Shown here: positions 26,669 to 42,100 of the stretch, piece by piece
Layout: each line of letters opens with the position of its first letter
Numbering within the stretch: the first letter of the stretch is position 1
Origin: Botryllus schlosseri
Taxonomy: Eukaryota
Length of the DNA: 64,000 bases
NCBI GenBank assembly: GCA_051294905.1
Contig: CM119373.1
Coordinates: forward strand, 3,288,001 to 3,352,000
Direction: 5' to 3'
Notes under the pieces: generated by a model
What the model was told of the DNA's origin: nothing
The model's database searches: none
Seen by the model: the letters and a program-made list of their open reading frames with translations, nothing else
Position numbers and translations under genes: made by a program

Positions 26669-27129
26669 ACGGTAAGACTTAATAAATTAATAATGTATTC
26701 AAAGTCGTGATGTAAATTTTGGGGCGTGGCCAAAACAAAGATTCGCAACCAAAACTCTTTCGGGAAAACAATCTATATTGACCCAAACTTGGGTCAAATC
26801 TATTCAACTCCGTTTCAAAGTACCGCGCGCCCGCACCGCACTGCTCGTATAAAGCTACATTGCATGAAAAGACACGAAATTATTGTTTAAAAAGAAACGT
26901 AAGGCACAAAAAAACGCGCGGCGCCAATCGCGTCGCGATGTCACGCCAAATAATTGACGATGTATATAGTCTTCACCTTGCCAATAACCGCATGTAACTC
27001 GGTGTTAGTTGCCTGAATGCCTCGACAGGCGTTCGCAAGCGAACTTCATGGTGTTTTACTTCAAGAGGGCGCGTATGTTTGACCAATATCGGCCACAAGT
27101 CAGAAGCCGTGCCTCGTTTGATTTTGTCT

Positions 27130-30100
27130 TTAGCTGGGAGAAACTTTTGCCAAAAACGGGCCGTCTTCGCTTTTCATTTTCATATCCAGCGTGCCGCCTG
27201 TGAAAACGATGATGTTGTGAAGACTATTGTGGTGGTTTTGTTCTCAATTGCAGACCGTAAGAGGTTCAACACCAGGGTTGTAATGACTCGAGTCACTAAC
27301 ACAATGACTCGGACTCGACCCTCTATATATCAAACAGATTTCATAATATTACCTGAAGAATTTCGAGACAAGTTTGCAAAGTTGCTCATCACCGCGATGG
27401 GAGTGTCCCCCGTGGCCTGTGCCACGCGGTGCTCGACCAGGTAGAACATATACTCGTCGTAGAGCAGCCTGATGAGGTGAAAGCTCCCGAAGCTGGCCGC
27501 CGAACGCAGGGTCAGGTCCCTGATCACCATCGAGCTGAAAACGCAGACAAAGAGATTGTCGGTGGCTGAACCGGATGGTAAAGTAGCACATAATGAAGTT
27601 TATAGGTCCGGTTACTTATATTCGAATGAAATATAATTCAAGTTCATATAAGGTGACTTTCATTTGAGTGATAACTAATTAGATTAGGCTAGGACGGTGT
27701 TATTTGAGTGGATGTTATTGAAATTGGGCTGGGTCACTTTCGTTTGAGAGACATTACCAACGATGGTCATGAGTCAAAATTAGGTGGGTCAATATTGTAG
27801 AGTTAGGTCAAAAAATGTCAAAATTGTTTACAAAGTTAAAACTTTTTTGCGACCTGCATTTCGTTTGTATCGTTGATTTTGCGCTGTCGGTGAACTTATC
27901 ATTTGACATTCCACAGCTTGTAGCTTACTTTACAGGCCTACCGTTGTAGACGGGCCTTTGTCTACTCATTGTGAATCAAAAACATTCAAATGAAACAAAT
28001 AGGTTGACATGGTGTTATGCTCAACGTATTGCAATATCCTAACTGAAGCAAGACTGCGTGGGCATTGGTTCTTATATCAAGAAGCGCATCATGAAAAATT
28101 GTGACGTAGGCACCATTGCCAGAATGAAGCAACACGGTTTGTCATCAGCAGTGTACGCACAACTTCAGTGTTGTCAGCCAACAACTGCTGCCGTTGAACG
28201 TTCTTTCTCCATTCTTGGTAAGCTACTTTGTAAGGACAGACACTTTCTACCCGAGAATGTGGAAAAGTATCTTTCGTTGAACTACAACAACTTTTAATTA
28301 CTTCTACCATAACGTGTATTATAACTACTGGAATTCTTCGTAGGGCCAGATTTCGTAAAGACAAAGTTTTTTCGTGTAAAAATGTGTCAGCATTTGCGCC
28401 GAAAAAGTTTTTTCTTTGGGCCAAACTACTTCGTAAGGACAGACAGTTCCAACCAGAAATGAAGATAAGTAGTACAATTCTAACGTAACGTGGGGAAACA
28501 CCTAATTCGAATACCTTAGGTCAAATTTGGTCAAAATCAAGATTTTTAAGGTCAAAAATTGATTTTTGAGGTCAAAATCTTCCGTTTTTTTAGGTAAAAA
28601 AAATCGCCCTAGTCTGTGAATGTGATAGTTATCAGTATTAAACGCACGGCTCAAAGATCAGACAATAGTCCCGTTCTAGCCAAGAGTGACAAATAATTCA
28701 AACTACCAACCGTCAACGACCAACTACTTGATTTTTGAGCAGTCCTAGTTTTATTTCTAGTTGCGGATTCTGAAAATACAGTAGTTGGTACAAATCTGGC
28801 AAGAACGATTCTACACATAAATCAACAAAATCTCAAAACCCTCCCCACCTGTAGAAGCACCACTTCAACAGGAACTGCCTCGCGGCTTTAGTGATGTCTG
28901 TCGATATCTCGTGCGGCTTGAGTATCTCGATCACGACAGAGTCCAGCCACTCCGCCCACTGCTCCAGGCTCCTCTGCTCGGACAGGGCCTCCTTGAACTC
29001 GGCCTCCAGACGCTTCACCACGGCACCGTCGCACTGGCACACCCAAGAGGCTTGCTCCTGCGAAATCACAATTTCAATTTGGGAAAATTGTTTGAGAAGT
29101 GATTTGTGTTGTAGGCGGAGATCACCAACTCCGTAAATAAAGGATTGAAAAGTATACAATTAATTAGAAATTGATATTGAAAAAAACCTCGGTATTTTTA
29201 GCTTATACTCGTCAGGGTTGATCGTCAGGAGTAGAGAATTCGAAGTCACATTGTATTGTATTAATTGATTGATAGAACCAAAGAGTCTCTTCAAATATTG
29301 AAAGTATATTTTGGGTCGTTAAAACATCAATGATCGGCCAGAAGACGTTTACTTTTACCCAAAGACACCGTCTCTGGCCAGGGTTGTAATGACTCGAGCT
29401 CGAGTCATACCTCGAGTCGCGATTTTTTAGTGACTCGATTTGACTCAAGTCATTTTTACAAATTTGAAAATGACTCGACTAGAATCATTCATGTTATTAC
29501 TCGAGTCAAAGCGGTCTGCTCATCCTAAGACCTAACAAGCTTACCTGGACATTGGAGAAGTCCACCCTGTTCAGATCGGCCAACATCTGTGTAATCTGAT
29601 TGCCGTTCTGCAACACGGCCCTGGCAGCCTGCGCCAGATGGTTCAGAGATGTGTACCTGCGGAGGGTTTGCGAGAACGCAGACACCGCCGTGATCTGTCG
29701 ACAAAACGTGACGTTACGATGTAGCAATCACACAAAAATGACACATTTTTCACATCAATCACTCATATTTTTTTAAGGTAAATAAAGTCAAAATATTCCA
29801 ATCGTACTAGTCATAACGTAACGATGGGAATTGATACCCTGCGTCTGAATTAACCGCAGAATTGTCCACATTAACAGGAGCTTTTCTCATGCGATGTTCA
29901 CCGCCCTAGCATTTTGGCTCCATAAAACACCACAATTCCAACTTACCTTGATTTGAACCATACACTCGGGCATGGATCCTCCGTTCAACGCAGAGTTCAA
30001 AGTGTTGTCGAGACCTTTGGCAAAGTTCCTAATGGCTTGCGTCAAGGCGCCTGCGGAATGAAATAAGTTACGACACCACATTGCGCAAACGTTCGTACAG

Positions 30101-33100
30101 TAGGGCTGTTCAGAAAGAACTTTTTTTGTCATATTTCACTGGCTACATGATAAAATGGTTGCCTAAAAACGGTGCACACCAACTTTGGCTCAATTCCAAC
30201 CTATAGAAGCATCCCTAAAGAAAAGGTTTTGGACATATTTATTAAAAATTTGGCTCAATTCATACCCGTAGAAGAGACATTATTTATTGGACTACGAAAT
30301 TTTGGAATTTTTTAGGCTGCACGCTATACTCACTAGGTATCGGCCTTAAAACGTCTGGAATCAACACGTCGACGAGGCTCTGATACATGAGATGGTCGCA
30401 TTCGCCCACCCATTTCTGAACGGGCGGCCAATTGCAGAGTACGATCAGCTTGTCGTGAGGTAGCTTGCTCTCAAATTCGTCCGTTCTGAAACAAATTAAA
30501 ATTATTACGATCAAGCTAAAGGTCAGAAATCTTGGGCATTGGTTTCTAACTTTTAGGATGCTAATTTGGCAAGAAAAAGGGTTAATTTCAAGAGTCCGTC
30601 AGTGCAAAAGACCACGATACTTAGCCTAAACCAGCGGTTAATTTTGAGGGTTCAGTAGCGAGAAGGATGTCAATAACTACCCCGAACCAGCGGTTACAAT
30701 ATTTGATGGGTTGATTTGAACGGCAAAAAGGTAAATGCTCGGGTTATATTGGAAAAGGATATCAAAAGTTAGCCGAAACCATCAGTAACAACATTTGGGT
30801 GCGTTAATTTGGAGAGCAAGAAGTTGGTAATAATAGCATCGGATTCACCCAATTCCAAACAGAATAAAAAACAATCAATAAATAGGTATAGTCATAAATA
30901 AACTAGCTACTGACTTCAATCTATATTCCAGGGTTGTATTGACTCGAGTCACGGTTTTCTGGTGACTCGACTTGACCTGAGATATTTTCTCATAATACGG
31001 AAATGACTCGACTTGAACTCAAGTCATTGCGCATGACTCGAACCGAGTCATACGACACGAGACTCAGACGGCCAAATCCGACATTTCATTGTCATTTCGA
31101 ACAATAGTAAAGTCACCACACTATTGGGATTTTGTCTATTGCTACTGGTAATTGAAAATATGACCAGGAACTGTTAAAAGTGAGGAAAATTTGTTAATTA
31201 TAAATGCGAACCATTCGATATCACTAAACAGAGTTATAAAAAGTGGGTTTAACAAGACTTTAACTGGAAACTGAGCAGTCAACACAATGACTTGGACTCG
31301 GACTCGAGTCAAAACTATAAAAGTGAGATTAACTTGTGACTCGGAGCCTCATGACATGGTTACAACCCTGCTACAATCCAATACAAAATTACAATACCAA
31401 TCCCAACTTTTCTTCGCTTCAGTTTTATTGTAAATAAACGAAGTCAACACGGTATTGGATGCATTTTTTAACTTCTGCGTCATAAGTTTGAGTTACAAAT
31501 TACATTACAAGTTCTACTTGAAATATGTCACATTTTATATCGACAGAAAACATCTGACCATCCGTTCAAACTGGTAGGCCTCTCACGAAAAGTAGGCTCC
31601 ATAAACTCACAAGACTTCCGAGGGATCTAAAGGTTTACTGCTGCGCCAGAACGCGTGCCACAGCTCGTCAATCATTTGAAACTGGAGCGTAACAACGATG
31701 TCGAGCAGGCTGGAGCAATGGTCTCGGTACAGATCTTCTAGAGCGGAGATATCGTCCTGAAAATAAATGCAAAGTGTTACTAAATAGACAGGATCAAGAC
31801 TAAAAACAGAGAGAACATGAAAAATTGTGTTTAGATTTAAAATCTTTGAGATATCAGATTTGATATACCGGTACAATGGAATTTCATATTGATATCGAAA
31901 TAAACCCGAATATTTTCGGCTGACACTCGTCAGGGGTAATCGTCATCAACTAGCACAGAATTGGCAGAGCTTCTCGGAGGTACAGAACTTCAATATACTA
32001 TTGAATAGTATATTCATATTGAAATATATCGAAGTTCCGTGCCTCCAAGAAGCTCTTCAAACACTTTCCAATTTTCTGCCAGTTGCTGACGATTACCCCC
32101 GACGAGTGTCAGCCGAAAATATTCTGGTTCATCTCATTATGAATCTACGATTCAATTGTACTTATGCTTATGTCGAGTCATTGTGCATGACTCGAACCAA
32201 GTCATATGACTCGAGACTGGGACGGCCAAGACAGACATTTCATTGTAACTTCGAAGAATAGTAAAGTAACCACAAGATAGGTATTTCGTCTATCGGTCCT
32301 GATACTTGGAAAATACGGCCAGAAACTGTTAAGACTAAGGAAAATTACAACATTACGAATGCGAGCCATTCTATATCACTCGAACCGAGTTGAGAAAAGC
32401 GGGTTTAAACGGATTGAACTCAGAACTGAACCGTGAACAACATGGCTCTGTCTCGTCACGGTTGTGACCAAGTCCGAAGGTTCCGAGTCACAAGTCAATC
32501 TCACTTTTATATTTTGACTCGAGTCAAGTCGAGTCATTTTCAATTCATCACCGAGTGCAAGTCATTGAGCAGAGGTTCAAGCTCGAGTAATACGAGTAAT
32601 ATATTAAATTTACCACGCTTTTAGCAGTTTCTGGTGGCATTTTCAAGTATCAGTACCAATAGACGAAATACCAATAAGGTGGTTGCTTTATTTTTCTTCA
32701 TAATTATAATGAAATGTCGGTCATAGCCGTCTGAGTCTCGAGTCATATGACTTAGTTCGAGTCATGCGCAATGACTCGAGTCCAAGTCGAGTCAATACAC
32801 AGATTGACTCGAGTCAAGTCGAGTCATTTCCGTATTTTGAGAAAATGACTCGAGTCAAGTCGGGTCATCAGAAAATCGTGACTCGAGTCGGATTCGAGTC
32901 ATTCCAACCCTGGGACTCGGACTCGAGTCGAAACACTATGACTCGGACTCGACCCTCTACTTGCTGACTTGGACTCGGACCTCACTCGGTGGCGAATCGA
33001 AAATGACTCGACTTGACTCGAGTCAAAACTATAAAAGTGAGGTGGACTCGTGGCTTGCTTACAACCCTGGCACTGACCACGGCATAGGCCTGTCTACTTC

Positions 33101-36100
33101 ACAGAAACGTTATCGCCTACTGGCAAGTCCCAATACCTGTGTGATGCCGCTCGGCAGAGGGTGTTTCTGGAAGTTCACTTGGATGGGGTCCAAATCGGGT
33201 ATGGCTTGCGACACGTCGCCGAGGTATTTCTGATGCTGCTGGACCTGTTCTGCCGCGTTGGGCGCGGGAGAGTTGGAAGAGTCGGTGGAGTCCATTCTCT
33301 CTGCCGAGTGGCTTGTCTTTGCTCTGGACAGTGACGTTAGCTTTTAGATTACAGTAGGGGCTATTAAACTGAGGATTGGACAATCAGAAAATTTTCAGCT
33401 GTTCCATATTAGATTAGAATTAGAATTATAGCTGCAAAATATTTCACAAATTAGATTAGAATTAGAATTATAGCTACAAATTATTCCGCAAATTAGATTA
33501 GAATTAGAATGATAGGCACACAGACTTTTTTTCCAAATTAAATTAAAATTAGAATTATAGCTACAAATTATTTTACAGATTGGATTACAATTAGAATGAT
33601 TGCATTTTTTTTCCAAATTCAATTAGAATTAGAATTATAGCTACGAAACATTTCACAAATTAGATTAGAATTAGAATGATAGGCACAGTTTTTTTCCAAA
33701 TTCAATTAGAATTAGAATTATAGCTACACAGGTTTTTTTTCCAAATTAAATTAGAATTAGAATTATAACTACAAAATATTCCACAATTTGGATTATAATT
33801 ACTGAATTCGCAAAAGAAATACAACAAAAGGGGAAAGAAAACCAGGACTGGCAATATCGAGCATCAAGAATTATAGCTACACGGGTTTTTTAAAATGAGA
33901 TTTAGAATTAAAATTATACCTACATAATTTTTCTCAATTAGATTAGAATTAGCATTAGATCAACAATCATTCAACAAATTAGATTATAATTACCGACATT
34001 TCGCTATAATTAGCGTAATTGGACTAGAATTATCCGATAGTCCTATCTCAGACTGACGCTAGGTCAGCGGTTCTTGACCTTTTTTTCTCCAGCGCCCCCT
34101 TTCAAAAATTGCCCGAGTCAGGCGTCCCCCTATTTTAAGGACTGTAGGAAAAACAATGGGTGAGTGGTCTAAGTCGGGTTGGGAATTCATTATTAGACCA
34201 CTTGACTAATTAACAGTATAATTGTATGTGCTATTTTCGAGATCAAATCCAGGTTGTTATAATAACGGGCTCATATCATTTGGTTCGAGATCCATGCACA
34301 CATCCCGAATTCTCCTCTGCGATTGGCAATAGGGGGAAGTTAATTACATTACGATTTGTTTTATTGCTTTGTGTGACTACTAAATCAACGGAAAATGTGG
34401 TAGAGATTCGGTCCCATTAAATTTAGTACCGTACCAAGCTCTTAACTTTAACGTGAATGGGGGGTAACAACCCTAAGCAGTATCATCCTTTGTGATACAA
34501 TGAAGAAAGATTCTGACATTTTAATTTTGTAGCTCTCATATACAAGTATATGTAGTTAATTATTTTGGCCAAAAAGCTTCAAAACATCTTTCATGTACAA
34601 AGGGCATCACTCTCAAAAGTCGTACCGTAGCCTACAGTGCCTTTTCGATTTCGACACACAGTGCGCCACAGGATAAAATACCTAGTTCAAATAGTTTTGT
34701 GGAAAATAACACGAGCTATCAGTATAAGTGTCAGTTTATTACTATTTACATCATTTCAAAACACCACATAACTGCGATACAACGAAAAGATAGGAATATG
34801 TCGAATAGCTAGCGTGACGGGAGTGTTACAACGGGGAATTGGCAATCCAAAAGTACGCCAAATTTATTTTGGATAGTTCGCGATGAGTGCAACAAAAAAC
34901 AATGTGATTTGACAGATTTTGTGGAATGTTAGTTTGCAATGAAAGCTCAGGGATATAATAGAAGTATTGTTCTACTATATAATCATATGCGTTTAGTGGG
35001 CTACACCATCTACTGTGAGGCCATTTTTCTTCAGCGCCCCCCATTTCGTCCCCTGCAAAATCCAAATCGCCCCCTGGGAGGGCGCTGGAGACAAGGTTAA
35101 GAACCACTGCCTTAAATAATCAGGGTTGTCATCCCATAACCAATCACTATACAATACCCTTCTACTATTCTTACCTCTTTGCGTGAGTACCGGGGTGTCT
35201 CATGGCTGTGTACGACATGTCGTCTTGCATACGATTCAGCGGGGAAGTGGCTTTGATACGGATGCCGTAATAGTGGTATTTTGAATTGCCCCTAAAATGC
35301 AGAGGTGTCATATCATGATGCAGTTCCGTTAGATGCATACATCTTTGTGCAGATTTGTATAATTCTCGTCGGTGAATTACCTCTTAATGGCGAGGAGCGT
35401 ATCATTTCAGCAGGGTTGTAACCATAACCAAGTCACAAGGTTCCAAGTCCCACTTTTTCAACTCTGCTCGAGTGATATAGAATGGCTCGCATTCATAACA
35501 TATTAATTTTCCTCAGCCTTAACAATTTCTGACCCTATTTTCCAAGTATCAGGACTGATAGACGGAATACCGATCATGTGGTGACTTTACTATTCTTGGG
35601 AGTTAAAATGAAATGTCTGTCTTGACCGTCTAGTTTTCGAGTCATATGAATTGGTTAGAATCATGCACAATGACTCGATTACAAGTCGAGTCAATACACA
35701 AATTGACGCAAGACGAGTAAAATCATATCACACATTCGAAAAAATGACTCAGGTCAAGTCGAGTCACCAAAAAACCGCGACTCGAGTCACTACAACCCTA
35801 CATTTCAGTACTCGAAAAATCATTTCTTACAATGAAATTGAGAACAAAACATTCTCCAAAACCAGACCGAGATCACCCACCTGGTGCCGAGCCTTCTGGT
35901 ACGCAGTCCCGTGAAAACGGACCGCACCAGTTTGCCAAAAGACGCCGCGTTCACCGGGTCCAGGCTCTGTTCCCGGCAATGCAGCAAATAGTGGTGATAC
36001 ATCAGGGCGCGAGGTAGGGAGACCCCTTCCGAATTCTCAAAGTGTTCCACCAGCCATGATACCTGGAAAAATACCAGTATTTTGAAGTGATGCCATAGTC

Positions 36101-39100
36101 ATATCCTGAAATTTTAGACGCAATAACAGTGGCCTAACAATAAGCTACGATGTGCCTCTGAGATGTCTTGCAAATGCATCTCGTACTGAGAACACGTACA
36201 TTAGGGCTGTTAAAAAAAATTTCCTTCAGATTTCGCTGGCTACTTGATAAAATTGTTAGGTTGGTTTAAAAAACGCTGCACACCAATTTTGACTCAATTT
36301 CAATCAGTAGAAGTTAGATTCTTGCAGTAGGATGTTTTGAATTTATCATTAAAAATTTCAAAATTTCTTTGTCGACCCCATAAAACTGTTAGGCTGTCAG
36401 TAGAGATGATGCACACCAAATTTGGCTCAATTCCGACCGCTAGAAGCGAAGGTATCGCAGTAGAAAAATTTCGAATTCTATGGTTTTATAATAAATAAAT
36501 AAAGAGTCAGTCACCGTAAATACTATTACACTCAAATCCAAATTTTTCTGCTGCAATAACTTCGCTTCTAGAGGTTGGAATTGAGCCAAATTTGGTGTGC
36601 AGCATCTCTACTGACAGCCTAACAATTTTATGTGATGGACAGAAAAATTTTGAAGCATAATTTTTTTTATTTTTTAATGATAAATTCAAAACTTTCTACT
36701 GCACGAATCTCACTTCTACTGGTTTTTCACCAACCTAACAATTTCATCAAGTAGCCAGTGAAATCTGAAGGAAAAGTTTTTTTGAACAGCCGTAATGTAC
36801 AATATGTTAGGACTGTTCAAAACTAACTTTCTTATTTCAAATTTTACTAGTGTGCACCGTTTTTTTTAGGCAACCTACCAATTTTATCAAGTAGCCAGTT
36901 AAATTTCAAAAAAAGTTATTTTTAAACAGCCCAAATATACATATATTGTTTATGTATAGGCCTATCAGGATATCAAACATGTTCTCGGTATGAAACTCAT
37001 TTGCTAGACATCTCAGACATTGTAGCTTAATGCGGTATGTAATTCTTGATATTAATGATGATACTGTTATTGCAACTAAAACTTGAGTACACCACATTTG
37101 TTTTACTGTTCTACATGCAAGATTATACGGTATATAAATTGCAATAAAGATATATTCATATCGTCAAATTTATTCCACTCGAAAACTGACATTTCTTGTG
37201 TGCTTGTCATTGGTACGTCACAACAACAAAATTCCTTCTATGAATTTCTGTGCTTCTGTAAGCTTATTCCGATATATATGTATAAAAAGAACAGAAAATG
37301 TAATATCAGAAAAAAGCATGCTGATCTATAAATGGATGAAAATATCATCAAAATGGTAAAGGCCAAAATAAAAGACGCAAATTTAAAGCAGACTCAATAC
37401 AGAGCATAAAAAATCCCAGCAATGAGTCACAATGTCCTCTAATTAACGACATTTCAGTAGGTTATCACTTCTGAAATACCGTATGACGATTAAATTTTTA
37501 CGATACCGAATTGCTCAGGGTGCAGTTACCACTTCTCAAACACAATTTTACTATAGAATTCACAAATAACATTTGTGCCCTAGTGTACATTCTTATTCTT
37601 ATGCACATTGACGAGTGTTGCCCATGACTATCACTAGTCAACATTCTCTATGAACATTAGGGGCGTTCAAAAATGACTTTTTTTCTCAAACTGTGCTGGC
37701 TACTTGATAAAATTGTTAGGTTACCTGATTTAAGCCTACACACCAAATTTGGTTCAATTTCAACCAGTAGCCGCATTGCTACAGGAGAAGGAAGTTTCTA
37801 CTTATTATATAAAAATAAATTGATAAAATTTTCAAAATTTTCTGTTCGCCCCATGAAAGTGTTTGGTTGTCTATGGAAACGATGTTCACCAAATTTGGCT
37901 AAATTCCAACCAGTGGAAGCGGAGTTATTGCCCGTCGAAAAATTTGGATTATCAATAAAATAGTATTTACCGTGACCAATTCTTTAATTATTTATTATAG
38001 GTGTGCCCACCGTAAATACGATTTTATTCAAATCCAAACATTTTTGACGGCAATAACTCCGCTTCTGCTGGTTGGAATTGAGCCAAATTTGGTGAACATC
38101 GTTTCCATAGACAACCAAACACTTTCATGGGGTGAACAGAAAATTTTGAGATTTTTGGTAATTCATTTTTATGTAATAAATAGAAACTTTCTTCTCCTGT
38201 AGCAGTGCGGCTACTGGCTGGAATTGACCCAAATTTGGTGTGTAGGCTTAAATTAGGTAACCTAACAATTTTATCTAGTATCCAGTACGATTTGAGAAAA
38301 AATGTCATTTTTGAACATCCCTACTGAACATACCATAAACGTAATTGCCAATAGTGCAATCATGCCTTGCATCAAAAACGTTTGTAAAAAGAACAGCAGC
38401 AAGCAGCTCTTACTGTTTTTGGCTCCCGCCTGAAGTGACTTACAGTAGCGGGTGAAGCCCTTGTGCTGTGTTGCAGCGGCATCGCCAGCAGGCCCTCCCC
38501 GGCCCCGGGCTGGGTGCGAATGATGTACGCTCCGCCGGAGGGCGTGGCCACCAGCTGGCCCAGGTTGTGGTGTCCGCCGGCCCCTTGTATGTGGCCGTGG
38601 TGCGAAGGCAGGGTGCTCACCATCGTGGCCTGCAAAAGGGAGTGGTTCTATTAATTTATTGGTTCCAAATCATTACATGTACCGCTATTACTCAAGTACA
38701 TGGTTGTAATGACTCGAGTCGCGATTTCGGGTGACTCGACTTGACTCGAGTCATTTACCAAGAAGAGTTAATTCACCAATGACAATTACAGTTTCGATTA
38801 TAGTAAATGAACTTTGCACTGTCACAAAATCTCCTCATCATGACATCACGGAATATATGAGTGTATGACATCACACCTCAGCAATGACTCTTTGTTCAAA
38901 TATATTCTCATGGCTTGGCGCATCAATCAATTACCTCATCCTATAAGACACTAAATATGATGACGAGGTATTTTGGTATGCCCTAACAATAGGGGTTGGA
39001 ATCCCATTATAGAATAACAATAGCCTATACCCTCCCAGATAGAACAATACCCCCTATTATTTTAGAGAAAGGTATACTTACACATGGTACCTCTGGGAGT

Positions 39101-42100
39101 AAACACACCACAGCGGGAGGTTGATATTTGATACTAAGAGCAGGAACATCACAAGCAATGTTTATCGGATGGGTGCGTACTTGAAATGGATGTCTTTGAT
39201 TCAATGGTTTTGCTTGTGCTATATTTGTAAACTGCGCAGCACTGGGCAATACGAATTTGATAAATTCCAAGCTAAAACTAAATTCCATAACATTACGAGG
39301 TGGGGTGAATGCATTTCCACCAGCAAACATATTGGTACCAAGCAAACTGCGTTTAGATTAGGGTAGGTATTTCGGGATCGAGATTTTCCACGATTTTTAT
39401 TCCTAAATCCCAGGATTAGCGTAGTAGAAAAATGTGCATGCATTCATATATTGCGATACTAAACGCTAAAACCTGTGAGCACCGACAATATAACAATTTA
39501 GGCGGTTTATGATTTTGATTATCTTGATTATACTATTCCAAATGTGCACCTTTTCTACAAACCACACTGATATCTTTGTATCAATAGGCTTGCAGGCAAT
39601 TAAAATGAGCCGGCACAGCATAATTTTTAATAACGGCCGTTCGGCTGATGTTAGCAATGAAGTTTTAGCAGTATTGCAGCAAAACTTGAAAAAATAAATA
39701 AAAAAAGGCTGCACACCAATTTTGGCTTAATTCCAACCCGTAGAAATGTAGCTATTGATGTTCAAAATTTATAATTTCAAATAGCTATTTAACCATGGGT
39801 AGTTCTGTAATAAATAATGAAAGAATTAGCCACCGTAAATACTATATTTTTCAAATCCAAAACTTTGCACTGTAATAACTTCACTTATACTGGTTGGAAT
39901 TGAGCTAAATTTGTAGTGCATCGTTTGTTTAGATAATCTAACAATTACATGGGGTAGCCAGTGAAATCTGTAAAATTTTTATTTTTATCAAGTAAATCCA
40001 AAATTTTTTTCTTATATAGCAATGCTTCTACAGTAGGCCTGTTGAAAAATTTCCTTTCAAATTTCACTGTCTATGTGATAAAATTATTATGTTGGTAGAA
40101 CAACACTTCGCACCAAATTTGGCTCAATTCCAACCAGTAGAAGCGAGATTCTTGCAGTAGAAAATTTTGAATTTATCACATAAAAAATATAAATTCAAAT
40201 TTTTTTCTGCCGACCCCATAAAATTGTTAGGCTGTCAGCAGAGATGATGCACACCAAATTTGGCTCAATTCCAACGAGTAAAAGCAAAGTTATTGCAGTA
40301 GAAAAATTTGGATTTGAATAAAATAGTATTTACGGTGACTCTTTACCAATTTATTATAAAATGATGGAATTGGAAATTTTGCTACTGCAATAACTTCGCT
40401 TCTAGTGGTTGGAATTGAGCCAAGTTTGGTGAGCATCATCACCACCGACAGCCTAACAATTTTATGGGGTAGACACAAAAGATTTGAAAGTTAATTTTTA
40501 GTTTTTATAAGATGAAATCAAAATTTTCTACTGCAAGAATCTCGCATCTACTGGTTGCAATTGAGCCAAATTTGGTAAGCAGCGTTGTTTTAGCCGACAA
40601 AACAATTTTATCACGTAGCCTGTGAAATTTGAAAGAAAAAATTGTTTTTGAACAGCCCTATCTACAGGTTGAAATTTAGCCATAATTGGTGTAGCATTTT
40701 TTTAGGCTACCTAACCATTTCATCAAGTAGCCAATAAAATTGTAAAATGTACAAGTTTTGAGTGACCTTTAAAAGGGCGTACCATTCTGATGTAGTTCAT
40801 TGTCATGTCATAGTCGGTATTTTTATCACAGAAATGTGGAGTGCTCAACACAATCAGCTAATATTGTAACGTTACTTTAAGAACAAAATACGAGATATGG
40901 CACTAGTTCAGCCATGGTAGTTGATCTCTAGAATTCTTGGGATTTCAATCGGATTAATCCTGGGATCGGGACAAGAAAACATCTTAAAATCTCGCATTCC
41001 CAACGCTAGCATAGATCCAGCAAACACACCGTTTAGCATTTGCACAAATAACAATTACCTGATGACCAGCGGCTGGCGAAGTGTCAAAAAACAAGGCGTT
41101 CGCTGTGCTGTTCGGGTTCTGACTGTGGCTGTTGGTGTAAAGCTGAGACCCGTCGGTGTACTGGTAGGAAGACGCGCTGAAAACCAACAGTCGTGTACAT
41201 GCTTTATCTCACATTAAAACTGATGTGCACACAGAGATTGTGAACATATCATGTACCGGGGGGGGTTGTATGTGTCATTTTGATATGACAAGTTTGTCAG
41301 GAGTGTAATTGTTAACAAATATATCGCTTGCTGACGGTGCAAACATTACTTAACATGGCAGAACATGGCTTTACCCAAATATACAGAAGAGCTTAGACTT
41401 GGAGATACAGAACTTCAATATACAATTGATAATGCATTCATATTGAAATGGACCCGAATATTTTCGGCTGACACTCGTCAGGGGCAATTGTCAGCAACCA
41501 GTAAAGAATCGGAAAGAAGGAGTTTGTGTATCATTTAAAAACAGTACATTAACCTTAAACAATCTCTTCTTGATTATTCGAAATATCTTGCCGTCGTATT
41601 TTGTGATACGATTGTTGATATACAATGTTCTTTCCCATTCTCCACTAGCTGCTGACCATTACCCCTGACGAGTGTCAGCCGGAAATATTCGTGTTCATTC
41701 CAACATCAATACATTATTCAACTGTATAGAATCGAGAATCACAGTGTGCTGAATGATATTACGGGTGTGCAACATGCAGATGTCAACAAAATAGTCATGA
41801 TCATAGTAGCTTGTTTCTATTTCGCACATTTTGAGAAAATTAAGTAGTTTTTGCAAAATTTCCATTTTTTCGGCGCATGTTTTCGACAAACATAACCGAG
41901 ATGAGGCCAAAATGAAAATTTTACAAAAACTTGATTTTCCCAGAATTTTAAAAAAGGATCTCAAAATTCCAAAAATGATTAATTGCTACTTTGATTCCAC
42001 AGCGACTATTTATCCCGACCACGAAAAAAAAGTTTATGGTTTCACCACTGGTACTGCCATAGGTAACAATTAGCTGACACAGTCCAAATAACGCTAAATT

